A stretch of 64,000 nucleotides of DNA. Origin: Octopus bimaculoides (lineage: Eukaryota). Positions 1 through 12,059 of this stretch are shown piece by piece. Numbering within the stretch: position 1 is the first letter of the stretch; every line of letters begins with the position of its first letter. The notes below the pieces were generated by a model. That model was not told where the DNA came from, ran no database searches, and saw only the letters and a list, made by a program, of their open reading frames with translations. The translations under genes were made by a program, and so were the position numbers. The stretch spans positions 191,412,305 through 191,476,304 of the forward strand of contig NC_068981.1 of NCBI RefSeq assembly GCF_001194135.2, read 5' to 3'.

Positions 1-781
1 GAAGTGGTCAGTGACATGTGAGTGGCACTTGTGCTGGTGACGCATAAGAGGCACTCATGCTGGTCACTCTCAAAAGGCACCCCTGCCTGTGACATGCCAG
101 AGATACCCAGTGCACTTGATGGAGTGGTTGGCATTATGAACGGCATCCAACCGTAGAAACCAAGCCAAAACAGACAAGAGCCTTGTGCAGTTCTCCAGCT
201 TACCAGCTCCAGTCAAAACCATTTTACCCATGCCAGCATGGAAAATGGACACTAAATGATGATGATGATATTGGTCACATGATGTCATCATCTTTTACAT
301 ATGTCCATGTGATTGTCTTTTTCACTCTCCCTCTTTATGTCTTAATTATCATCTACTTGATGGAGTGGTTGGCATTATGAATGGCATCCAATTGTAGAAA
401 CCATATTTGGGCCAGATAAGGCCAGTTTATATGCTAAAGGCTTAAATCTCTATGATAATGTGATATTTTTTCTATGAGTGATAAGATATTAAATGTTCTT
501 CCACCACACCTACCTCTCTCCCTACTCCACTCCTGCAATCTACCCAACCACATATCATCTCCTTCTCCCCAGTCAATTGTATCATTATTATTATTCTGCT
601 GCTCACCCATACTTTCTTTTGCACTCCTTACCTTCTCCAAGCATCATAGGTCATCCACCCTGAAAGCCCTACGCAACCATTACAGTGGCCCTCTTCACCC
701 ATTCCCCATATACTCTTGTTACTCTCATCCACCCACATTCCTAACTCCTCTATCCCTACTCACCTTATTATTTATCTCTTT
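1..781 (+). repeat. Block duplicated in inverted orientation at 34669-35891
   Basis: 1-349 matches the reverse complement of 35891-35544, and 403-781 matches the reverse complement of 35068-34669. The ORF track shows near-identical ORFs on opposite strands. Confidence 0.9.
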
Positions 782-1105
782 TAAATGTCAATAACCCTGT
801 AGTTCCTTTACAGAAAGAAATCTGTTCTGCTCTTGTCCTTTCTATCACACTTTAATCACCTCCACTTCCACATCAAAGTTTGTTGTCTTGCATGCTACAT
901 GGCAACCTCACTAGTGCTGGTGCCAAGAAAACAAACACACCCGGTACACACTTGAAATAATTGGCATTAGGAAGGGCATTCAACTATAGAAACCATGCCA
1001 AAGCAGACACTGGAGCCCAATGCAGTCCTTGGGCCCATCAGATACTGTCTCACTGTGGCACCTTAGGCAAGTGTCTTTTTAACCACTTAACTATGCCTGT
1101 ACCTA

Positions 1106-2280
1106 CCTTAAAAGCAAAAGTATTTCTCTAAACCTTTTACTTTTAGAAAAAGGAATTAAGAACATTTATTAACTTTCTCAATCTAATTATTTTATTTTAT
1201 ATTTTAACATCTTTTATATCACATTTTGTGAGCATAAACGTTATGTTTCTATTGGATAAGTTACTGCATTTCTGGCAAGAAGAGTCATGAGGGATTGTAA
1301 AACTCAAGTCAATCTCCTCCTACTACTACTTCTACATAAGGTATTCTTATTTGAAAGCACCTGTTCTTTTTACCTCTTTTTCCATTGAGAAAAGAGACGC
1401 ATATTTATACATAAAACAAATTCTTAATTTACATTTACTAAAATTCACTTGTTAGCCATTAGTCAACCTGAAGCTTAGATGGAAGACATTTGCCTGAGGA
1501 GCAGCATGGTAGGATTGAACCCTAAACCAAGTGGTTGTGAAGTGAACTTCTTGATTTTGCATGTGATCCTTATTTAGAAACCAAGCTTATGCTTTGGTTT
1601 GGTGTGGAGCATTTCACAAGAGTATTCAATCCTGTATGGGAGTGTTTAAGTCATGAAGGAGGAAGTGAGTAATGCATTAATTTCAAGTTTAATTAGNNNN
1701 NNNNNNAGTATCCAAGTGTTTTTGATGAGCACTTCTGGAGAATGTGACTGTACTCAGTTGGTGCTCTGAGTTTGGTGTTAATGTACTCTTTAAACCTGTG
1801 ATTTTCCACCAAAATTCATATGAATTCTGTTGATTCATTTCTGTATTTTAGTAAGATATTCTGAAAAGAGCAAAAAGCAACTGAATCATGTTGATCCTTT
1901 ATTGAAATATTAATTTTAACAAAGCCATTGTGTGTTGGATTACATCAATTGTTTTATTCATCCTTCTTTCTCTCTCTCATGCCTTGTCTCCCTTTTCCTG
2001 ACTATCAGTTTTTTAATTGTTATATTGGATTGTGTTTTACATAAAGGTCATGCTATGTTTGAATAGTGTTACTCTGAAAATATTTAAGCTCAACATTAAA
2101 TATCAAACGAAAAGAAGAGGGCTTAGTTCAAAATATGTATGACCTTCCTGCTAATCAAGAACGATTGATTGAGGGCAAAACTGGATAAATTTGACTTAAT
2201 TAGAAAACATTGAAACAAGTTTTTCATGCTCATTGCTGCTGAAAATGTTCTTGTGTGATTTAAAGCCAAAGGAAAGTTAG
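1106..2280 (+). repeat. Block duplicated in direct orientation at 38817-39997
   Basis: Long near-identical stretches, e.g. 1355-1670 vs 39027-39347. Both copies have an N-gap at the same place. Confidence 0.92.
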
Positions 2281-2365
2281 AAATTCTACAGGATAGCCCA
2301 GAAGCCACACAACTATTTAAGAAATTCTAAACAATTTTGCTAATATATTTTTTCTTTTGTTTCAG

Positions 2366-2503
2366 GTATTAAAACATGAACCGTTGGAAATCTGTAATGG
2401 AGAAATATAACATGGCCCAATAGACTAAAATTGTATAGGATTTTACTTTGGAAATGGACAATCCATCATGCACATGCAAAGAGCTTCTTGCAGCATTAAC
2501 AGA
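2366..2503 (+). CDS. Candidate exon of an unidentified gene; possible start at 2454 (MDNPSCTCKELLAALT)
   Basis: Strong acceptor TTTTTCTTTTGTTTCAG, donor GTAAGG, and ATG in the strong context GAAATGG. Confidence 0.4.
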
Positions 2504-3699
2504 GTAAGGAACCTGCCCTCTAACTCTGTAATTATTCATCTAATTCATCATTTCTAAAAACAGGGATCTGTGGGTGACTTGCCATGAGTTGGGGGACAAC
2601 ATTCCATCCAAACCCTGGGAAACAGGAATTGCATCAAGCAAATAATTCACCAACATGCAACAGCATTCACTATATGTTTATGTAGGTCTGTGTATGTGTG
2701 TACATGCGCAACAGCATTCACTATATGTATATGTAGGTCTGTGTATATGTGCAACAGAATTCTGTAGAATTTTCTCATACTGAATTCTGTTCAAACAGTA
2801 TTGATCACTCTGTGACTATGAAAGAAGATACCTGACGAAGGTGTTGCACAATGGGATTGAACTCAGAGCTAAGTGGTTACAAAGCAAACTTCTTAACTAC
2901 ACATCCCACAACTTTTGCTTGCTTTAAAAAAATGTAAAATTAGATTTTCTGTCTTCACCATATTTTAACAAAATTCTCTATATTGTGTTTAGTAAAATGG
3001 TAGAACAGTAGTAACACAAATATATTTCAGTAGTTAGTTCCATTCCTCAATATTCTTAGTTCAAATCCCTCAAGATCAGCCTTACTTTTCGTCTCTCTCC
3101 AGAGAGTTTATAAAATATGTGCTAAAGTCAATACCATTCACTCGATTCCTACTGTACAAATGTCTGGCTGTTTGCCAATGTAACCAATCAATATATTCTG
3201 TTTAACAAAGCAAATTTATTGTTTCCTACTGAAGAACATAGTTAGTGAAGCAATATGATACTAGTAAAGACATCCTGGAATAAACACTGTAAATAAAGAA
3301 AAGAAAAGTCAACTTGATTCCATCCAAATTTTTACTAAACAGAATGGTAAAAGATTATTTTTTATTGAAGTTACTTTTACCTATTTCCAAGATACTACTC
3401 ACACACACACTTTTGTATTTAGCTTAGAAATGTTTTATCTTATTTTTTAAAGTTTGTAGTTAATATTCTAGAATTAGTTTATATTTATGTCAGACTACGG
3501 CACAAAAAAAATGTTATATTTTTACCTTATGTTTTTCTTAATCTCAAGCAGCTTAGTGACTTTCTCCCTACCTCTCTCTCTCTCTCTCTTAGAATTTCTT
3601 CTGGATTTTGAAATAAATACATCTTATCATCATCACTTCTACCATTATCATTTCAACATTTAGTTTTCCATGCATGTTTCAAATGGAATTTGTTGAGGA

Positions 3700-4112
3700 A
3701 GATTTTTTGTGGTCGCTGGTTCCATTGCTGCCTGACTGGCTCCTGTGCTGGTGGCACATAAAAAGCTCCTTTCGAGCCTGGCCAATGCCAGTGCTGCCCA
3801 AGTGGCACCCATGCTGGTGGCATATAAAAAGTATCATTCGAGCATGACCAATGCCAGTGCCACCTGACAGGCACCCGTGCTGATGGCACATAAAGAGTAC
3901 CATTCGAGCGTGACCAATGCCTGTGGCAGGTAAAAAGCACCCACTACACTCTTGGAGTGGTTGGTGTTAGGAAGGGCATCCAGCTGTAGAAACCTTGCCA
4001 AATCAGATTGGAGCCAGGTGCAGCCTCCCAGCTTGCCAATCCTCAGTCAAACCATCCAACCGATGCCAGCATGGAAAGCGGGCATTTACTGATGATGATG
4101 ATGATGATGATT
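3700..4112 (+). repeat. Retroposon-like repeat with an internal ~60-bp tandem array and a (GAT)n tail
   Basis: Units GCCAGT..CTGACTGGCTCCTGTGCTGGTGGCACATAAAAAGCACCATTCGAGC and tail CATGGAAAGCGG..GATGATGAT. Copies at about 31975-32210, 53100-53435, 56390-56935, 63735-64000 (-) and 53800-54720 (-). Confidence 0.8.
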
Positions 4113-4449
4113 AGATCTATTCCTGTCAAGGTAATATGTCTTCTTGGTCAGGCATATTTTCATGGAAGATTAGAAACAAATGATTTGGCTTCTGTACTGG
4201 TGATGCTCACTTTCAACTATCATACAATGTCTAGTCATGAGTCACAAACACACATGTATATATGAAAGGTTGCTTTCAGTTTCCATCGACAACTGAAAGA
4301 TGCCCTGTGAATGAGGATATGTTTGTGTCTGTTCGTCTTGACATTATGTGGTAGTTGTGAATGAGTGTCACTGTTATACTAGTGATGTCATTCATTTCCA
4401 ATATTCTTCAAAAACATGTCTGTCCATGGGGTAATATTACCATACTTGG

Positions 4450-4862
4450 AAGGTGGCGAGCTGGCAGAAACATTAGCACGCCGAGCGAAATGCTTAGTGG
4501 TATTTCGTCTGCCGTTACATTCTGAGTTCAAATTCCACCGAGGTCAACTTTGCCTTTCATTCTTTCGGGGTTGATAAATTAAATACCAGTTACACACTGG
4601 GGTTGATGTAATCGACTTAATCCCTTTGTCTGTCCTTGTTTGGCCCCTCGTGGGCAATAAAGAAATAAGAAATGTTAGCACACCAGGTGAAATGCTTAGT
4701 GGTATTTCATCTGTCTTTACGTTCTGAGTTCAAATTCCACCGAGGTTGACTTTGCTTTTCATCCTTTCGGGGTCGATAAATTAAGTACCAGTTGCATACT
4801 GGGGTCGATCTAATCAACTGGCCCCCCCCCTCCTCCAAAATTCCAGGCCTTTTGCCTAGAGT
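4450..4862 (+). repeat. Two tandem copies of a tRNA-derived SINE with a conserved central domain
   Basis: Both copies contain GAGTTCAAATTCCACCGAGGT(C/T)(A/G)ACTTTGC(C/T)TTTCAT(T/C)CTTTCGGGGT(T/C)GATAAATTAA. Decayed copies occur at about 3040, 38560, 45800, 49110, 50130 and 59470. Confidence 0.8.
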
Positions 4863-4994
4863 AGAAGAGAATATTACCATACTTGGAAGCAGATGAAGGT
4901 TGGTGTCAACAAGGGTATCTGGCTGTAGAAAATTTACCTCAGTAAACTCCATCTGACCCATGCAAGCATGTGATGATGACGTGTTTATATGTGT

Positions 4995-5035
<41 letters not shown>

Positions 5036-5857
5036 CACACCCATGTATGTATACGTTTATGAATAGCTGGTTTCCTGAGTTGCAATTCCATTTTAACCCT
5101 TCCATTGCAAGCAAAGATTATCTTCGCAAAAAAAAAACCCGGTTTCATTTTTCATCTGGTGTCTACTGCTGGATGCCCTTCCTAACACTGATCACTGAGT
5201 ACATCTTATTGTGGACCCAGCATTAGAGAAGTTGCCATGTTCTCAACAATGGTCCTGGATAGATGTATAGTACGCCAGTGGGGTTGTCATTTCTATTCCC
5301 ATAATTTTATAATGTGTTCATTAACTCAATGTTTCATGACTGAGGAGGGAAAACAGACAGTAATGATAAAAGTACTAGAATGAGTGGAATTAGGGAGCAG
5401 GAATGAGCAGAAACAGACTGATTGGGATGAAGTATAGGAGGAATGAGAGTGTAATGGATAGTAATAGGGGTAAGAGTGAGCACTAAGTGACCATACGAGG
5501 GGGAGAAGTATTGATGGGCTAATAGTAGAGTGTATGAGGTATGCAGATTTCATGTGATCCCTTATACATGTGTCTTGGAATGTGTGAGAGAGCTAAGGCG
5601 ATAAGCATAACAGAAGGTGAGAGTTACATGTTGAAGAGATGAGAAGGTTTGATGGGTCCACTAACGTTTCTAGTTACACTGCAAGCATGGTACTGTGGGG
5701 AGTAGAGATCTACTACCTTCTTTAGTAACACTAACAACATAGTGCAGAGAGTGATGGAGATGAGCAATGGAAGGTGAGTGATAACAATGATGTGTGAGTT
5801 AGATGAGGAAGCAGAAAATGTAGGCTTCACAGCCTACATACATATATGCATGCATAC

Positions 5858-6287
5858 CAGGCATGTGCCATCAGTAATTACTCAGGGTAGGCAGTTGGTG
5901 ATGTTTATGTAGTAAAACACACAAAAAATAAGTAAAACACACAAAAAATAAGCAAAACACAGGTGTGCAACTGAGTTGGAGGCAGAATTACTTCTGCCTT
6001 TATAGTGCATAAAGAAAACGTTGTTGTAGGAATGTACACAGGACGTGTACTACAGCAGTACTATGCGTAGTTTTAATACTGAGACCGAAAGGCAGAGGCG
6101 GATTGTGCCTACCTAATCTATAAAAAAAAAAAAAGATATTTTGCATTTTATGCATAGTAATCAGAGTAACCTTCATAATTTTATTGAATTAGGTGCATAT
6201 TTTGCCATAAAAGGAAAATGTAACTATCAATCTATTTTATTCAGGGTAGACAGTACCTACCTTGCCTACCCAGGCGGCATGTCTCTG
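5858..6287. mobile_element. Non-autonomous DNA transposon (hAT-like MITE)
   Basis: 8-bp flanking duplication ATGCATAC/ATGCACAC (7/8) and imperfect CAG-starting termini with subterminal GGGTAGGCA. A second copy lies at about 21777-22135. Confidence 0.7.
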
Positions 6288-6699
6288 ATGCACACATATA
6301 TTCTATCATCATCATTTAATGTCCATTTTCCATTCTGGCATCAGTTAGATGGTTTAACAGAGGCTGGTGAGCCAGAGAACTGTGCCATACTTCAATGTCT
6401 GCTTTAGCTTCGTTTTTGTGTCTAGATGTCCTTCTGAATGCCAACCACTTTACAGAGTGCACTGGGTGTTTTTTTATGTCACTCTGGCATTAGAGAGGTT
6501 ACCAAGTAGCTTACTAGGGAACACACCTCAAATGAGTTGGGGTGTAGTGTCGAAGGGAGATGATGATAAGTTAGTTTGATAATAGTGAAATTATTGTGTA
6601 TAGTGCTCAAATGCACTACAACTCATCAAAGGTTGCAATGTACAGTAGATAGAATTATGTACAAAAGTCAGGAAAGTGAATAGTGTATGAGTCATGATA

Positions 6700-7345
6700 T
6701 ACATGTGTGCATATGTATGGAGGGGTGGATATCAGGTGTAGTGTTGGTGAATTTCAGGAAACATGGAGGTTTTAAAGGATGCAATGTCTCCACAACTAAC
6801 AACTGATGCAGGTAGTTTGTTCCATGCTTCAGCAACTCTGAGTGTGAAACAATGTTTCTGAAAGTCATGGGAGATGTGCTGTTTTCTAACTTAGCACGCA
6901 TGCCCATGAGTGTTAGACAGATGGAGCTCAAGTTGGTTGTTGGTGCGATGGTTAATAAGTTTGATAAGGAGGACAGGAACAGGTGTCATGCTGTAAGGGA
7001 AATACATGGTTAACCCAGTCAGAAGATGATGATGAAGTCAGGGTTTACCTAAGAGTTACAGGAAGGTAAACTGAATATAAATGGTATGGGTGGATAAGTT
7101 AGTTTGTAAGAGTTAAGTGGAGGCAAGGATCATCTGTGAATATCAGTTGGAGGATGTAGGAGCGGGTCAGGTAGATAATAGGTGAGTGTGGGTGGTGTGT
7201 GAGAGTGATGTGCAGAGCTTGGGGTGAAGTCAAAAGTAATGGGAAGGGAAGAGGGCCACTGGCAAAATGTGGGTTTGTACAGAGAAAAGAGATGTGAAAA
7301 TGGTGTTCAGTATAATAAGAAGGTAAGGGAAGATATGAGGGCACA
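6700..7345 (-). mobile_element. CR1/L2-like LINE remnant including the ORF2 C-terminus
   Basis: Hand translation of about 6890-6740 gives HDFQKHCFTLRVAEAWNKLPASVVSCGDIASFKTSM, typical of the CR1 C-terminal R..WN.LP..VV...FK motif. Confidence 0.7.
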
Positions 7346-9639
7346 TGNNNNNNNNNNNNNNNNNNNNNNNNNNNNNNNNNNNNNNNNNNNNNNNNNNNNN
7401 NNNNNNNNNNNNNNNNNNNNNNNNNNNNNNNNNNNNNNNNNNNNNNNNNNNNNNNNNNNNNNNNNNNNNNNNNNNNNNNNNNNNNNNNNNNNNNNNNNNN
7501 NNNNNNNNNNNNNNNNNNNNNNNNNNNNNNNNNNNNNNNNNNNNNNNNNNNNNNNNNNNNNNNNNNNNNNNNNNNNNNNNNNNNNNNNNNNNNNNNNNNN
7601 NNNNNNNNNNNNNNNNNNNNNNNNNNNNNNNNNNNNNNNNNNNNNNNNNNNNNNNNNNNNNNNNNNNNNNNNNNNNNNNNNNNNNNNNNNNNNNNNNNNN
7701 NNNNNNNNNNNNNNNNNNNNNNNNNNNNNNNNNNNNNNNNNNNNNNNNNNNNNNNNNNNNNNNNNNNNNNNNNNNNNNNNNNNNNNNNNNNNNNNNNNNN
7801 NNNNNNNNNNNNNNNNNNNNNNNNNNNNNNNNNNNNNNNNNNNNNNNNNAGGCAGTTTTCTCTCATTGTCCTCTTTCGTTCAGATACACATACGATCGCA
7901 GATTTCTCCCCTCTTACTGTTCTCCGTAGTTTATTTTTTCTGTCGTTTATTCCTAGTTTCAAGGGAAGTAACTCTTTAGTGATCCGACAATTTTTGCTTT
8001 GTCATAACAGGAGAAGCGGCTACGATTATGTCCCTTGTATCTGTGAAACGCAATTAAGGAAACTACTGCTAACGTTCTTGATATTTTTTATGTTTGGGAA
8101 AGAAAACGGACAACAATTTTAATCCGATGATTTCGGCCATCATTTAGTAAAGCACTCAATACATTTTAAAATGAGTGAAATCACGTGGTTCCAGGTTTTA
8201 CTATATTGTGCAAACGTCTCCTTTCGTAGGGAGTGGGTGAATGACAAGAGACGCTAAATGTGGGCGAACAGTAATGAGCTCTGAAGTTGCTAGTATTTTC
8301 ATCAAAATAATATTTTAATTTTTATCGTAGATTATATTTCATCAATTTCACACAGACAGAGGCACATAAAACGCAGTGTTTCACGCCATTGGAATGAAAT
8401 TAAAACGACAAACAGTGGGAGTGAAAGGGGAAGTATAAAAATATAGAGTAAGTAGCTTATCAACTGCTGGAGCAGCAGGTACTTTGATAAAAATAAACTG
8501 CAAATTATTGTCATTTCCAAACAAACAAACAAAAATACGCTAAATGGTGGTGAAAGTACACACGTACGCACGCACACATGCGCGCATGCGGACACATAGA
8601 CACGCAAACAATGTAACTTCTAATGGCGTCAAATGTCAGAATGAAAGAGAATAAAATTTATGACAGTTTATAACTTTTTTTGTTGTTGTTTTTCCCCTTT
8701 CTGTGTTCACTAATTTATTTCAATAAATTTGATAATTGTTTTAATTTTCTTAAAAAAAAATTAAATAAAAAGGAAAAAAAAACACTGTTTAAAGGATATG
8801 TCACTTGATTCAATGAAACAAGCTGATGACATTCAGATCAGAGGACATTCAACCCCAGTATCAAAACATGTTGCTGGTCGTTGTACAAAAACATTGTTTC
8901 AAGCAGAAGTAAGAAAATACTTGAATATTTAATTTTACACACATATCGGCGCAGGAGTGGCTGAGTAGTAAGTAGATTGGCACCAGGTAAGTGGAAGCCA
9001 AAAACAGGAAAGAAAAAGCAAGGGGTTTACCCTGGTGGTCGGATGCCTATCCTACAGGAAAGCCATTACAAATTGCATCTGTAATGAGCAATGCTTTAAT
9101 CGAACATTGTAAATATAATCAAATTATTATTGTATTTTTAAATCGATAATTTTTTAATAGCTACAGCTACTTCACCCTTTTATGTTTGTCTGTCCTTGTT
9201 CGTCCCCTCTTTGTAATGCCGTTATGGCAAATATTTATGAAATAAGGTAGCTTGCTTACCAACCACATGGTTCCAGGTTCAGTCCCACTGCGCGGCACCT
9301 TGGGCCAACCAAAGCCTTGTGAGTGGATTTGGTAGACGGAAACTGAAAGAAGCCCGTATATATTTGTTTGTGTGTCTGTTTTTGTCCCCCCATCATCACT
9401 TAACAACCAATGTTGGTGTATTTACATCCCCATAACTTAGCGGTTCTGCAAAAGAGACATACTAGGCTTACAATGATTAAGTCCTGAGCTCGATTTGTCT
9501 GACTAAAAACGGTGCTCCAGCATGGCCGCAGTCAAATGACAAGCAAATAAAAGAATATATATAATGTGAACAATAATATTTTCAACAAAACTGTTACAAG
9601 CATATCTAATTGAAATAAAACAATGCGGAATCAGCACTT

Positions 9640-12050
9640 GAAAAGAAAAGGGGATTAGCAAGAGGAAGACAGAGAAAATGAAGATCTAATTTCAGTGGAA
9701 AACAATTAGAAGCTAAACAAAAAGCTGGTTGTGGGAAGTTAGAGGAAAAGAAGAGCTGAAGCCAGAGACAAAGTAGCTCTCAGACGCCAAAATGAAAATG
9801 AAGAGTAGGCAATTGATAGGAAAGATACTTAGGAAGTACAGGAAACAGGAACAATGAAATTGTGAAGATGAAAATTGGGACAACAGCAGGAGGCAACTTA
9901 ATGCCGAAAGAATGAGAGCCACTTGACATGAAGAACATGTTACAGAAAGAGTTTAGAATTCAACATACAATGAGGGAAACACTATACAACAGATATTGTG
10001 AAGATATGAATTTTATGTGGCCAAACATTTTCTATCTGGACGACCTTCTGACTGCTACTTCAATAATTTTTGCCATAAAGGAAAATTGCTTTCTTCTATT
10101 CAAAGAGAATTTTCAGAGTGTTTGAAATCCCTGTCAGATCCCAATAATCGTTATTATTGTAATTTCAAAGAAAATATCTGGTTATATATCTCTGCTTTAT
10201 CCTTTGCATTCATGGATGCACATTTGACAGAATCTCCTCGAAGAGGCCTGTATTGCTTCAGAGTTCACGGAGAAGTGTACCACAGAACATCACGTATGCA
10301 TCCTGCTGATGGTCAACAAAATCAGTTTACTCAACTATCAGGTTGTCTGGAAAGTTCTGAGCATTTTTTAATATGCAAAACAGGATATAAATAATTGACC
10401 TTTTTTTAATAAATTCTATTCAGCATAAAATTTGACTCGTTTTGAAGAAAAAAAGTTATCTAGATGCATTTTGACTCCATCTAAATCGTTAAATGTTTTT
10501 CCTTGCAATGAGTTCTGTAGAGACAAAAGCAAGTGGTAGTTGGATGGTACAATATCAGGAGAATATGGTGGATGGGGCAAGAGATACCAACCAAGTTCAT
10601 GTAACTTTGGGTAGTCTATAGTAAATATTGCTTTTAACAGAGACAGATAGGAGAAGATATAGCTTACCAACTGTGGATGAAATTTCTATGGTTTTTAGAA
10701 ATTCAAATTCAGAGCCTCCATGCAATAGAGACTTTCAATATTTTTAGTCCAAATTTGGACCCAGTAACTTTTATGTTGTTTTTCCCTTTCATTGAACCAG
10801 GATCGCAACTACAGATAGTAGGAAATGTGCACCGAATATTTGTTGCCAAATAAGGCTTCATTCACAGCTGTTAGAGATATTAAGTTCAATCCAATTCTTC
10901 CAGAAATAGGCAGTAGACTCATAAATGGAAGTAAACAACCTGAATTTTATCAGAAACAGACAACAAAGGTTGAAGATGGAACTTTATAGTAGCTTAGCCG
11001 ACCATTTAGATAATGTCACACAAGATGCTAAAATTCATGCTGGATGCACACTTATTCATCCACCTTTATTCCAAGGATCCCTAGGAAACAGGCAAGAACG
11101 CTATCATGAGACAATGGCTGTAGTACATCAACATGAAACACCTGATATTTACATTACAGTAACATCTATTCTAAATTGGCCAGAGATTAAGGATAACTTA
11201 TTTCATGGACAAAATCAAACAGACCAGATCTGGTAGCATGGTATTTCAAACTGAAACTAAAACAACTTTTGGCTGATGTTACAAAGGGGCACATTTTCAG
11301 TAGAGTTGTAACTCATTTGTACACCAGTGAATTTCAGAAAAGAGATTTGCCACATGTCCATACCTTAATAATATTGCATCCAGATGACAAATTTAAAGAA
11401 CCTTTGCAAATAGATGAAGTTGTTTGTGCTGAAATTCTTGATGTACAAACTAAGTATTTGCTTCATGATATTACTAAAAATGCATGCTACATCTTGTGGT
11501 GAAGAAAACCTAAAGACATCTTGCATGGAGAATGGACTCTGCCATAAGAAGTTTCTGAAAGAATTTCTTCAAGAAATTCTACGAACAGCACCAAAGAAAA
11601 GCAATACAAATTGATAACTGTTCATTTGATAGTAGATATGTAGTTCCCTATAACAAGTGCCTATGTCATAAATTCAATGCCCTTGTAAATGTGGAAATAT
11701 GTTCAACTATCAAGTCAGTGAAATACATATATAAGGGATATGATACCATTACACTTGATATAAATGAAAGGATGATGAACAGTGAAATTGTACATCAGTG
11801 AAGTCAAAAGCCACCTTGATGGGAGATATGTGAATGCTCCTGAAGCAATGTAGGGGTTACTTGAAAACAAAATGCATAATAGATCCCATGTTATCATATG
11901 CCTGCCAATGCATTTGCAACAACAAGAACCTATCTTTCAGAGAAGGTAATGAAAAAGAAGCATTGGAGTGAGCTGCTTGTCGTAACACACCACTAACAAC
12001 ATGGTTTGTCCTTAACAATATAAAAATGCAAGACACCTGTTATGTTCCGC
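9640..12050 (+). mobile_element. Decayed Helitron Rep remnant (stops and frameshifts), interrupted by a mariner fragment
   Basis: ORF pieces FKENIWLYISALSFA..GLYCFRVHGEVYHR, PPLFQGSLGNRQERYHETMAVV..PDIYIT..NWPEI, the HUH motif EFQKRDLPHVH, and DGRYVNAPEAM. Confidence 0.88.
10420..10670 (-). mobile_element. Mariner transposase C-terminal fragment nested in the Helitron
   Basis: LGWYLLPHPPYSPDIVPSNYHLL matches the mariner HPPYSPDLAPSDY motif. Confidence 0.85.
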
Positions 12051-12059
12051 TATTCCTTA

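Noticed and set aside
8453-8500. TAGCTTATCA (resembles the start of miR-21) in a small hairpin
   Set aside because: Only 10 nt match, miR-21 is a vertebrate family, and the stem is too short and bulged for a pre-miRNA.
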